This document shows, one piece after another, positions 30,206 to 39,898 of a DNA stretch of 64,000 nucleotides. How positions within the stretch are numbered: position 1 is the first letter of the stretch; every line of letters starts with the position of its first letter. Position numbers and translations under genes: made by a program. Under the pieces are notes generated by a model that was not told where the DNA came from, searched no databases, and saw only the letters and a list, made by a program, of their open reading frames with translations. The DNA is taken from NCBI GenBank assembly GCA_965228735.1, contig OZ245838.1, forward strand, positions 576,001 to 640,000, in the 5' to 3' direction. This DNA comes from Planctomycetota bacterium (GTDB lineage Bacteria > Planctomycetota > UBA1135 > UBA2386).

Positions 30206-31342
30206 CTATGATCCCCCGCCGCACTGCCGGATCAGTCTCTTGAGCACTCGTTCGACTGCGGCGCTCTCAGCCGCAAGTTGGGATCTCACGATGGCCTCTG
30301 GATGCGCCGGAGTGACGATGTCGCCGCCGTCTCGTCCGCCGTTGTGCATGTTCACCTGAAACGATGACTGGCCCGGTTGCGCTTCGCCAATCACTCGGGA
30401 TCCCATTCCCGACAGGCAGAACTGAATACGCCCACCGTTGCACCGTCGATCGGAGTCCACGTGGCCGAGCACTGCACCTACGAATGCGAGCAGCCTGCTT
30501 GTTGCTCTGTGGAGGTCGCTCGGCGAGAGGAAGAACATGGGAGTCATCATCCCGTCGTGATTGTGCGAGTGGCCTTGGACGATTCCGACGCAGATAGCAA
30601 TGGAGAGGTCCGTTCCGATCCAGCCACGGAGCATGGGGGGCTCCTGGTCGCGGTTTTGGAGCGCAATTCCGTCCGGCTCGGTCGAATGGGTCGGGCGCGC
30701 GTCGAGGAGTCTGGTTGGGCCGGCGACAAGAAGGTCGCCAGCCACATCGGGGAGGTGATCGAAGACGACGTCTTCGTTGAGCATGAGCGGCTGGCTCGGG
30801 GTCCACGAGATCGCGAGCCGAGGTGGATCGCTTCCGAGGTAGTTTGAGTTGGTCGATGGGACGACCTTGGACAAGTTGCTGCTAACTCGGCGGTCAATGT
30901 CTCCGACCGGTGGGGCGGAGCTCCATTGCAACAGGCTTCGGACAAGCTCCTTCTGCAGCTCAATGGAAGACGAGCACAGCTTGTAGGAGAGTCCGCCTTG
31001 CCACGCGCCAACCTCGGCGATGAATGCAGACTGATCCGATTCGGGGTCGGCGCTTGTCCTGAAGACCAGGATGTCCTTGTTGTGCCGCTTGGCTTCGGCG
31101 AACTCCTCCGCCGTGGCGGATCGCCCGCTGTCTAGTTTCGCCCCGTATCGTTGGCCGAGAAGGAGGATCATTGCATCGGCTTGCGCAACGCCGCGAAGGC
31201 AAGCTCCTCGAGGCGTTGCCCCGTCGGTTACAAAGTCCTCCGCGCGAATGAGGTCGACGCCAACGGACTCGCACGCCGCTACGGCAGCCGCGCGCATGTC
31301 CTCCATGCCACTCATGACGGAACTGATGAAAACGGACGTCAT
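30206..31342 (-). CDS. DUF4062 (TIR-like/NDT-like) domain protein
   Basis: VFISSVMSGMEDMRAAA...CLRGVAQADAMILLLGQRYG...SATAEEFAEA. Confidence 0.85.
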   Translation of the reverse strand: MTSVFISSVMSGMEDMRAAAVAACESVGVDLIRAEDFVTDGATPRGACLRGVAQADAMILLLGQRYGAKLDSGRSATAEEFAEAKRHNKDILVFRTSADPESDQSAFIAEVGAWQGGLSYKLCSSSIELQKELVRSLLQWSSAPPVGDIDRRVSSNLSKVVPSTNSNYLGSDPPRLAISWTPSQPLMLNEDVVFDHLPDVAGDLLVAGPTRLLDARPTHSTEPDGIALQNRDQEPPMLRGWIGTDLSIAICVGIVQGHSHNHDGMMTPMFFLSPSDLHRATSRLLAFVGAVLGHVDSDRRCNGGRIQFCLSGMGSRVIGEAQPGQSSFQVNMHNGGRDGGDIVTPAHPEAIVRSQLAAESAAVERVLKRLIRQCGGGS

Positions 31343-32031
31343 GCGAGGGGCTCCTCGTTGCCCAAGGCGGGGCCGTGCATCCAGTGTTCATCCAGAACTC
31401 GGTCGATCAGGTGGCCGGGCACGCATTTGTTCGGCCTCGTGTGAAGGGCTTCGGCGACATGCTGGAGCGCAATGCCCTGCAGCGCCAAGATGTCGTGGCA
31501 TCTCCTGTGCGATTCCCAGAGGGCTTTGGACATTCCTCCGAACCCCTCGTCAGGCCGCCTCTCTCTGAAGATGCACATGGCCTCCAGGTGGTCCGGACAC
31601 CTGATGGGAGGAAGGCTCTGGAGGTCGATGAGCTCGGCGGGGTTCGGAGGGGCTAGCTCTTCGCCGATGAGGCACTCTGCAGCGGGGCCGCTCATGTAGA
31701 GATCGAGGTGGGTGCCAAGATCGTCTTGAGGCGGTTCGTAGTGGCTCGCGCGTCCGTCGCCATTCGTCCGGGCGATGGCTGTGCGGATCATTACTCCGTG
31801 ATGCCTCATGACGACAAGGTGGCCGGCCTCGTGGTATGCCGCTCGCTTGAGTTCCGAGTCGATGATGGTGGTTCTCCGTTGATGTTGGCTGCCTTGCATG
31901 CTCCGGTGTGGCGGCGCTTTGCCAAGGCCTTGCGTGTCATGGTACCCTGGTCTCATGGAGCTCCACAGGGGCTCCTCGTCGTCAGAACTCGAAACACGGT
32001 CTGACGTCGCCTCGAAGTGCCGCAGCATCAC
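31339..32031 (-). CDS. Stand-alone M41/FtsH-like HExxH metallopeptidase domain protein
   Basis: RAAYHEAGHLVV...MSGPAAE...LQHVAEAL. The stop overlaps the DUF4062 start (ATGA). The true start is probably downstream of 32031. Confidence 0.7.
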   Translation of the reverse strand: MMLRHFEATSDRVSSSDDEEPLWSSMRPGYHDTQGLGKAPPHRSMQGSQHQRRTTIIDSELKRAAYHEAGHLVVMRHHGVMIRTAIARTNGDGRASHYEPPQDDLGTHLDLYMSGPAAECLIGEELAPPNPAELIDLQSLPPIRCPDHLEAMCIFRERRPDEGFGGMSKALWESHRRCHDILALQGIALQHVAEALHTRPNKCVPGHLIDRVLDEHWMHGPALGNEEPLA

Positions 32032-33327
32032 CCGGCAAACCTGGTAGCCACCAGGCTAAGGGGGCAGGGTTCACCGCCTGCCGTGATGTTGGCTCGTAGC
32101 GCTGGATGCCCGGAGACGGGCTCGTCCAGTGCGAGAGAGGCTTGAGCGAGTAATCCGTTCGAATCCATCGGGCCTTGGCGCCCGCGCTCTCGGGATCGGT
32201 TCCGAGGGGCGCGGTGCCCCTCTCCCGAACATGCGTCGAACGTCAATCCGCTCATTCTATCTCATGGTGATCCCGCGCTTCGGAGGCGGGACGACCGAGA
32301 CACGCCACGCGGTGGAACTCCGAGTGGTCGTGGATGACGAAGTTGGTGAGGTAGCGAAGGCGCCGACACCCCGCTTGCCCCGCACGGGCATGACTCGTGC
32401 GATTGCCCGTCCGTCGTGGCGGGTGCCATCGAGCAAGCGAGGAAGAGGCGTGCTGCCAAATCCACCTGCGGGGTCCGGGCCCGGTTGTCGTGATCGACAC
32501 CGCGTCCGTTCAACGCAAGCCAGCGCCGGGAGCTCGATCGCCGCGAGGCGAATCGACCGGACCTGACAAGTCCGGGGACCGAGGGAAAGTCCCTCGGCCG
32601 TGAAAAGTTCAACGGTGAAAGGCCCGCGAGGGCTTGCTGGTCAGAAGCATGGGAGACGGTGCCGAACTGCGAACGCACCTGTCCGGTCTGTAAGGCGGAG
32701 CTTCTGCATTCTGCCGCCTGAAATCCCGGAGGACCTGCTCCGGGGAGAGTGAAGCACCGGTCGGGAGACTAGGCTTCACGGGCTCGTGCCGCGGCGTGAA
32801 ACGCCGCTAGCAACGTGACCCATGCTTCGACGTGGTCCACTAATCGGGGAAGGACTCGAGCTGCCGGGGAGGTGCCCGGTGCCTGGCTGTCGACCAGGTG
32901 ATTCAAAGGCTCGAGTCTGGGAGCGAGCTGCAAGTAGAAGTCGGGCGGGAGCCCGAGCGGTGGCGAGACCGAAGGGTCTCGAAGGAGTCTTCGTGCGACT
33001 TCTTCCTGGCAAGGCAGTCAGGACCCGCGTTCGCGCACGCCGGTTGGCCCCGGCGAGCACAGCGACGACGAAAGCAGCGACGAGCGAACGAAACGTCACT
33101 CGAGGTGACGGTTGCTTGGTAAGCACGACTTGTGGCTGCAGGGGGTAGGGAAGTGCTCCGGGAGGAGCCGCCCCCTGCGGCGACAGGATGACGATGGACG
33201 CCGGAGGTTTATCCGGCGGCCGTCGCAAGGAGGTCTAGCGCAACCATCATGGATTGGACACGCCCTGCGGGCGTGCGATCTGGAATGTGGGTATGCGCGC
33301 AACGAGGTTGCCAAGGAGGTGATCAAC

Positions 33328-34113
33328 ATGGTTGGGCGATGGTCGCTGGCCGGAAGGTTCAGCGGCTTGGAGCGTGCCCGTAAACGCTCCGCACTTGTCC
33401 GTTCTGTGGAGCGGAGAGGTGCCAGGAAGTTGATAGGTGCAGTTGTGAACTACAGGTGTGAAGCCACGTCCGTGGCGGGGTTCGTCCAGCAGCTTGCGTG
33501 CTGCTACGTCCGCCACGGCTACCATCACTACGTCGTCGGTGAGATCCCACCGCACAAGGACCCACGCGCCGTGGACGAGCGGATGATCGAGCGCTACGAG
33601 CTCGGCGTGTCGAAGTTCGTCCGTGCGCGGCGCAAGCGGGCGGGTCTGCCCAACGTCCAGTACATCCGGTTTCGGCGGTTCTTCGTGTTGTGTGCCACCG
33701 AGCCGCGAGAGGGCCATCGGTTCTACGAGGAGCACTCGGCCTCGCAGGTCAGGGACGTTCGGCTCCAGCCGATCGCTTTCGGCGGCTACTCGATCGGTTG
33801 GCATCGTGGTGCTGATCGGCGATGGCATGTTTCGGTTCGGATCCACCCGGAGCGCTACCGTTCCCTCAAGGCCTACCTGCTCGAGCTAGCACGTCGACGG
33901 TCGGTCGGACAGGTTGCTGCGGAGTTCCAGTACCTCGGCTTCGAGCCCTATGCACCTGTTCGCCGACAGCTTCTCTCGCTCCTCAGAGCCGTCAACAAGG
34001 AGCGCAAGGTCGCCGGGCTGGGGAAGCTGCCGGTCGACTGTTTGCGGCTACGGCGCACGGTCGTAAGACCGTTCGGGATCGATGGGGTGGGGCCCTGCGG
34101 CGGCAAAGCATGA
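33328..34113 (+). CDS. Basic hypothetical protein
   Basis: AGGAGGT RBS; strongly coding-like, Arg/Tyr-rich ORF (GFVQQLACCYVRHGY...FEPYAPVRRQL). Confidence 0.7.
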   Translation: MVGRWSLAGRFSGLERARKRSALVRSVERRGARKLIGAVVNYRCEATSVAGFVQQLACCYVRHGYHHYVVGEIPPHKDPRAVDERMIERYELGVSKFVRARRKRAGLPNVQYIRFRRFFVLCATEPREGHRFYEEHSASQVRDVRLQPIAFGGYSIGWHRGADRRWHVSVRIHPERYRSLKAYLLELARRRSVGQVAAEFQYLGFEPYAPVRRQLLSLLRAVNKERKVAGLGKLPVDCLRLRRTVVRPFGIDGVGPCGGKA

Positions 34114-34262
34114 GAACTCCACGCGTCTGTCCTCGGTGTGGCGTCCCTTGGGCGAGCTTTGTCAGGAGATGTCCCGCATGCGGGCGCGCTCGATGCAGGG
34201 TTGTGGCTTACCTGACCGTGGCCTGGGTGCTCACCTGGGTCTTGGCGCTCATCAACCGGTGA
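34110..34262 (+). CDS. Small zinc-ribbon membrane protein
   Basis: CPRCG...CPACG followed by a hydrophobic tail; ATGA overlap with the upstream gene. Confidence 0.5.
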   Translation: MRTPRVCPRCGVPWASFVRRCPACGRARCRVVAYLTVAWVLTWVLALINR

Positions 34263-34396
34263 CCGCTCTGCCTAGCGCCTTGTTCGGGCGAATCGGCGTG
34301 CTCCAAGTATCGGGCACGACTGGCAGGCAGGGGACCGCGCGGTACCGACTTTGAGGTTCCCGGGGGCGGGCGAAGATCCGCCCGAAGCCGCGATTG

Positions 34397-37375
34397 CTAT
34401 CCAGTTCCTCGCGCAGCCATGAGGTCGAGTATCGTGTTCTCCAGCACCAGAGTCCCCATCGAAGGCAGCCACCTTTCGCGGTCTTCGAGCAGGTGTCGGG
34501 CTACGGAGAGGACGGCTTCTCGGTCATCTCCACGATCCGACGCAAGCTCAGGGCTGCGGCCAAGCGCTACAGCAGCTCGTCGGTGCCTGACTCCGCCAGC
34601 TGCGAGCAATCTTCCGGCAGGCGTTGGGACACCGAAGCGTAGGTGCTCGGGGAAGTCCGCAACGGCCTTAGACAGTTCGAGGTTATTCGCGTCGAGCAGC
34701 TTCCTTAGCAGCCCGATGCCCTGCTCGACGGCTACCTGGAGGACGTAGCTGACGACCCGGGAATGAACGCCGAGCATGGTGTCGATATCGGTTTCCGTCT
34801 GGCTGGCGATCTCCGCCAGAGATCGGCCGTCGATCCACGCCTCCAAGATCCTGGCGAAACTCGACCGCGATGGGGGGGATCCCCGGTAGGCCTCGTCGAG
34901 TGCCTCGGCTACCTCGGGAAGGCCCCACGCCCAGACCAGCAGTGTCTCTGTCAACTCCGGATCGGTTGGCGTTTCGATGTCATCCCAGCGTTGTCGCATG
35001 GGTAACAGATTGACCTCCACCGACTCCAGCATTCGTGCTCGCGTACCCGTTTCTCGGATCCATGCGAGTCTCCCCGCTCCCTTGATGGCTGCCACGCGTT
35101 GAGCACGCAGCTCGAACACCTGTTTCATCAGTGCCGTGGTCGTTTGTTGAGCTTGGCGGGCCGCGAAAGTCTGGCTCGAAAGCTCTCCGGCCATGCGCAC
35201 GAGTTCATCTTCGCCTAGCTCCTCGGCGGCAAGATCGATAAGCGTTGCATCGATGCCGTCGATCAGAGTGTGAAGCGCCGTCGCACCCTCAAGGATGTCG
35301 TTTGTGAGGGTGATGCTCCGCTGGCTCAGTGCTGACTCGACGCGCCCCATCAACTCGAGCAGTGCCCCGGAGACGCGTTCGCCTGGCTGTTGCTCGGCCA
35401 CGGGGGCGACAAGTTGCCATTGTCCAGGGTTGGCGCAGATGACCAGCCCCTTGGTGGTTGCCCCAGCTCGTCCAGCGCGCCCGACGAGGTTCTTGATGTC
35501 GCGCGCGAGCAGGTTCTCTGCTGCTCCGTTGGGGCCACGACGCTGCACGGAGTAGAGGACCAACGTCCTGATCGGCAGGTTGACGCCTTCCGCCAAAGTG
35601 TTGGTGCAGATGGCAAGGCGAACGTCTTTGTCGCGAATCAGCGATTCCACGACTTCCCTGCTCTCTTGCGGAATGTCTCCATGATGCAGTATGGCTCCTG
35701 CCGCAAGTGTTCGTGTGCCCACCCAGGAAGCGCCGTATTCCAGGGTGAAGTGCTCAACTGCCGACTGCAGCTTCACCGCATCCCCGACGAACTGCATGGG
35801 GGCGGGCAGGGGCAGCAGGCTCGCCAGTTGTTGGAGGAGTTCATGAGCGAGCCCTACGGCTCCCTGAGTGCCTCTCTTGTTGGCCGCGAACACGGCAACG
35901 GACCCCATCGAGAGCGACTTCCGTGCTGCTGCGATGGCTTGGGCCTTCACAGATTTGAAAGGGTATGTGTTCAGCCGGTTCGTAGTGGGATTGCGGTGGC
36001 GAAAGTCATCACGGCTCAGGAATCGTTCGATAGAGAACGTGGATGCGGCTTGGTGTGGGTGAAGCTGAAGCGCGACCGTCATGGCGGCGCCTTTGCCAGC
36101 TACCTGCAGCGCTGCGAACTCTGCGAGAGCCGGGCGGTAGTCACTGCGAACGACGGTCTGATCCGTGCCGCCAAGCCACACGTTGATCTCCTCGATGTTC
36201 GGGACGATCGCGGAAACGAAGACGAACTTTGGCGGGCCTTTCTCGCGGGCGCGCATGCGGGCGAGCAGCAACTCAAGTCCGACCCCGCGCGCCTCACCAT
36301 CGAGGAGGTGCCCTTCGTCGCAGATGACGAGGGATACTCGGGAGTAGAAGTCCGGCTCTGCGCTGAGCAGGCCCGATAGTGCCTCAGGCGTTGCGACGAT
36401 CGCGCGTGCTGCATCGAGGTCTCTGACTTCTTCGCCGGTGGGCACGGTACCTCCATACGCACACCTGGTGGGAAGGCCCATGTTGCTCAAGCGCTTTGCA
36501 AGGCTGCCGCGAAGCTCTGCCGCGAGCGAGCGAAAGGGGACGAGCAGGATGGCCACATCCTGCGGGTTGCGGTTGAGGTGGTGAAAGAGGAGGGTCTCAG
36601 AGAGAGCTGTCTTTCCCGCGCCTGTCGGCATCTGTAGGGAGAATGAGGCCACGCTTCCAAGCAGGCCGCTCCTAATGGCATCGATTTGCGAGGGGAAGAA
36701 ATCCCAGGTAGGTGGGGTCCGGTTGAGGAACGACCGCACTAGCGGGTCCCAGAATCCCGATTCGCCATCGGGTAGAACTGCACGGACGTTAGTTCGCTCG
36801 AACTTGGAGAGGACCCGCCCGAATAGCCGCCAGCCGATCCACTCACCGGAATCTGTGTGCAGTGCAGATGCCTCCTTCTCAGTCGCGTACTCGCCCTCCG
36901 CCCGAAGCACCTCAAGGTTCCCTCTTCGAACGCCGCCAACAAGGGTACGCACACGTGCCGACCTGATCGCCGGTGGACGTGAGAGCAGCTCGTAGCACGC
37001 GAGCTGAATGTCATCGAGGGCACCCGGGTCGCAGGTCTTCAACGTGACGTAGGCCGATGCAGAGTAACCGCCGAAGTAGAACGCGGCCGCAGCAAAGATG
37101 GCGGCTTCGGCCGCCATGATACCGGAGTAGGCGTTTGCCCGAGCTTCTCCTACGCCGCCGGCCTGAGTGATGGCGTTGCCCAGGCGTGACCAGTCGACCG
37201 GATCGCGGTAGGGCTCACGGAGCCTGTCGAAGAGCTCGCCGACGAGGGAAATGTAGTAGTCGTCGCCTCGTGACCTGATGTAGCTCAGCTGTAGTGGCGG
37301 CTGCGAGGAGCCGAACCGTTCCACGTGATGAAGGGCGTCAGCGTCACCGACCCACTTTGCCAGAGTTGCCCTCAC
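34397..37375 (-). CDS. hamB: Hachiman HamB-like Ski2/DEAD-box helicase
   Basis: MPTGAGKT, VATPE, DEGH, SAI, HHG, TNTLAEGVNLP and GRAGR; coupled to hamA by a GTGA overlap. Confidence 0.85.
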   Translation of the reverse strand: MRATLAKWVGDADALHHVERFGSSQPPLQLSYIRSRGDDYYISLVGELFDRLREPYRDPVDWSRLGNAITQAGGVGEARANAYSGIMAAEAAIFAAAAFYFGGYSASAYVTLKTCDPGALDDIQLACYELLSRPPAIRSARVRTLVGGVRRGNLEVLRAEGEYATEKEASALHTDSGEWIGWRLFGRVLSKFERTNVRAVLPDGESGFWDPLVRSFLNRTPPTWDFFPSQIDAIRSGLLGSVASFSLQMPTGAGKTALSETLLFHHLNRNPQDVAILLVPFRSLAAELRGSLAKRLSNMGLPTRCAYGGTVPTGEEVRDLDAARAIVATPEALSGLLSAEPDFYSRVSLVICDEGHLLDGEARGVGLELLLARMRAREKGPPKFVFVSAIVPNIEEINVWLGGTDQTVVRSDYRPALAEFAALQVAGKGAAMTVALQLHPHQAASTFSIERFLSRDDFRHRNPTTNRLNTYPFKSVKAQAIAAARKSLSMGSVAVFAANKRGTQGAVGLAHELLQQLASLLPLPAPMQFVGDAVKLQSAVEHFTLEYGASWVGTRTLAAGAILHHGDIPQESREVVESLIRDKDVRLAICTNTLAEGVNLPIRTLVLYSVQRRGPNGAAENLLARDIKNLVGRAGRAGATTKGLVICANPGQWQLVAPVAEQQPGERVSGALLELMGRVESALSQRSITLTNDILEGATALHTLIDGIDATLIDLAAEELGEDELVRMAGELSSQTFAARQAQQTTTALMKQVFELRAQRVAAIKGAGRLAWIRETGTRARMLESVEVNLLPMRQRWDDIETPTDPELTETLLVWAWGLPEVAEALDEAYRGSPPSRSSFARILEAWIDGRSLAEIASQTETDIDTMLGVHSRVVSYVLQVAVEQGIGLLRKLLDANNLELSKAVADFPEHLRFGVPTPAGRLLAAGGVRHRRAAVALGRSPELASDRGDDREAVLSVARHLLEDRERWLPSMGTLVLENTILDLMAARGTG

Positions 37376-38184
37376 GTCTCACCGCCCGCTTCCGCGACGG
37401 TGGCATGAGCGGCGTCGAATACGGCTTCGTAGCGTTCCTTCAGGTTTGGAACTGCGATGACTACAACCGTGTGGTCTGCAGGCGCTTCGTCGGGCGCGTC
37501 TGCCAGTTCGTTGTCCACGAGGTTCTCGCAAATGACCGCGACGGCGTGGAAGCACTTCTTGGCTTGGGGGTGGTCCGTGGCCTTGATGAAGCGGTCGAGG
37601 TGATCGATGGTCGTGCTGCCAAGGTCTTCATGAAGCGCACGTTCCCTCAGCCAAACTAGGGTCTTCGCCAATCGACTGGTTCGGTCTTTCTCGCAGTCAT
37701 CAATCGCCTTGGAAATCGGTGATGAGGCTCCGGCCGTGGCCTTCGTCTTTACCTCAGAGCACAGGATGCGGTCCTCGGTCGAGGAGCGTGGCCAGCTCGG
37801 CAGCACGAAGTGAACGACATCCGAGTGTGGCGCTGGTTTTGTTCGGTCCTGCTTCAGGCGCCACTTCTTTGGGCCAATGAGGTCGACATCGCGTTCGGCA
37901 GCTGCGTGGTAGAGAAACACCAGTATCTCGCCGAAGTCCCCTGACATCGTCGAACCTGGATCCGGGAGCCTCGCGGCGACGATCTCCGACCGAGGGCAAC
38001 CGGTTGCCTGCACGCGCGCCTTGAGGACGGTGTCATCGATGTAGCACCGACGGACTGAGACACCAAGGACGTCCGACCAAGCAGCAGCGTGCTCGTCGGG
38101 AACACGCACAAGCACGAAGGGCGATCGCTGCTCTTCGGCGAACCAGCGTGTCACGGTCTCAACTTCGAGGCCAAGGTCTCGCAT
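37372..38184 (-). CDS. hamA: Hachiman HamA-like (DUF1837) nuclease
   Basis: SGDFGEIL...HSDVVHF...SEVKT PD-(D/E)xK-like pattern directly upstream of the helicase. Confidence 0.8.
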   Translation of the reverse strand: MRDLGLEVETVTRWFAEEQRSPFVLVRVPDEHAAAWSDVLGVSVRRCYIDDTVLKARVQATGCPRSEIVAARLPDPGSTMSGDFGEILVFLYHAAAERDVDLIGPKKWRLKQDRTKPAPHSDVVHFVLPSWPRSSTEDRILCSEVKTKATAGASSPISKAIDDCEKDRTSRLAKTLVWLRERALHEDLGSTTIDHLDRFIKATDHPQAKKCFHAVAVICENLVDNELADAPDEAPADHTVVVIAVPNLKERYEAVFDAAHATVAEAGGET

Positions 38185-38711
38185 GCGCTACCCCTCGTGC
38201 ATCCAAGCTGGCAGCATTGGGCTTGGTTCTTCGAGCCCGTGACAGCAGTCGACGCACGGTCCAGAGCGCCCAGGGGGGAATCGATCTCGACTGATGGCTG
38301 CGCACGATCTCGGCGCTGCTGCAGGAGAAGTTCGCGATGCTGCTCGAGCATCTTGTTGCTCGCCGAAGTGCTCGAGTGGATCGGTCATCCGTGGAGAGGA
38401 AAGTGAGCCGGGGCAAGCACCGGGAAAAGGGGAAGAAGGAGAGTCAAGTGCTCTGTGTCCGTGCGGACAACCCCGGCTCATGGTGTGTCATGTGGCCACG
38501 ATGGGATCGATGACGTTCTCCTTCGCAGCGGTTGTCTATCTCATCGCTGTCGCGCCCTGTCGGCAAGTGCACATGCAGAAACGTGACGCGCGCCTCTATC
38601 AATACGCAGAATGGCCCGCTCGGCCGGTTCGTCGGTTGAAGGGTGCGATGTTCGCCAACCCGCCACCTATCTCGTCATATTCCAAAGATGCACTGTCAGT
38701 ACGCCAGCACG

Positions 38712-39434
38712 CTACGCGCGAGTTGGCCCCCGGGACGGCATCTCGTCCCAGATCCTTCCGTCGAGTAGGCGGCCGGCCTTCTTCTTGTTCGTGCCTCCCC
38801 ACTGCTTGAAGAAGAACGGAACGCCACCGACCGCGCAGGCGTCTCGGAGATCCCGAACCCACTCGGGGTCCATCGCCCGTGCGCCAGGTCCGGACTCTCC
38901 GCCGACGATGGCCCAGCCGATGCCGGTCAGGTCGATCTCGGTTAGCGGGCCCAGCAACGGCTCGAGAGAGAGGAAGCGGACGTTGGCGGGAACGGTTCGC
39001 AGGTCGTCGATCCGGTCGAGGTAGTCGGCGTTCTCGACGCTCACGCCCATCCAGACGTTCTCAGGCCAGGGCAGCTGAGGGGCGACCTCTCGCAGTCGAT
39101 CCGCGCGCTTCGTCAAGACCTGGAACGTGTGCTGAGGCGCTTGCTCCATGGTTCGGAACACGCGCTGGATGAACGATGTCGGCACGTCCTTGTGGAACAG
39201 GTCGCTCATCGAGTTGACGAACACGAGCCGGGGCTTCCGCCAGCGCAGTGGGATATCGAGCATGTGCTCCTGGAGCGTGAGCTGGAATCCCCTCGCGTAG
39301 TTGGCTTGCCCCATCGCCTGTAGGCGCCTTGCCATGCGTTCCGCGTAGCAGTGCTTGCAGCCTGGACTGGTCTTCGTGCAGCCCGTCACCGGGTTCCACG
39401 TGGCGTTGGTCCATTCGATTGTCGATCGGCTCAT
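38712..39434 (-). CDS. DUF5131 / phage Gp37-Gp68 family three-Cys protein
   Basis: [50 protein letters not shown]. Confidence 0.93.
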   Translation of the reverse strand: MSRSTIEWTNATWNPVTGCTKTSPGCKHCYAERMARRLQAMGQANYARGFQLTLQEHMLDIPLRWRKPRLVFVNSMSDLFHKDVPTSFIQRVFRTMEQAPQHTFQVLTKRADRLREVAPQLPWPENVWMGVSVENADYLDRIDDLRTVPANVRFLSLEPLLGPLTEIDLTGIGWAIVGGESGPGARAMDPEWVRDLRDACAVGGVPFFFKQWGGTNKKKAGRLLDGRIWDEMPSRGPTRA

Positions 39435-39898
39435 CGGTCACCCTCTAGTTGTTGTGATGCGTCCCTTCTGGCGGCCGGCCCCTGCTCGTGGTCACGTGAG
39501 TGCTCGCACTCCTCTGCAACGAAGCGAGCAGATGTATGAGAGACTCGAGGCCCGAGTCCGGGAGAAGCTGAAGCGCCGAACTCACCCCGTCTGCGACGGC
39601 TCGGTTGACATCGCGTTGGCGCCTGAGGGAATCGAATGATGCGATCAGCCGTAGCAGGTCGCAGGCGAACTCGCGGGCGCCAACTACTTGGCCGGGATCG
39701 CGATCTCGTGGACTGTGTGGTGGGATCATGCTTGCCGTCTCCTGATGTGGGCCTGGTTTCGCTGGGCACGTCCAAACCACGGTAGGTCGCGGATGCACCG
39801 CGGGAATCCCACCCGAAGGCTCTCTCGGTTCTGTAAACGCGCACACGTCGCGAAGCCCCTGCCGCGGATCGCCTTCGGATGCGGCCGTCCGTCGATGT

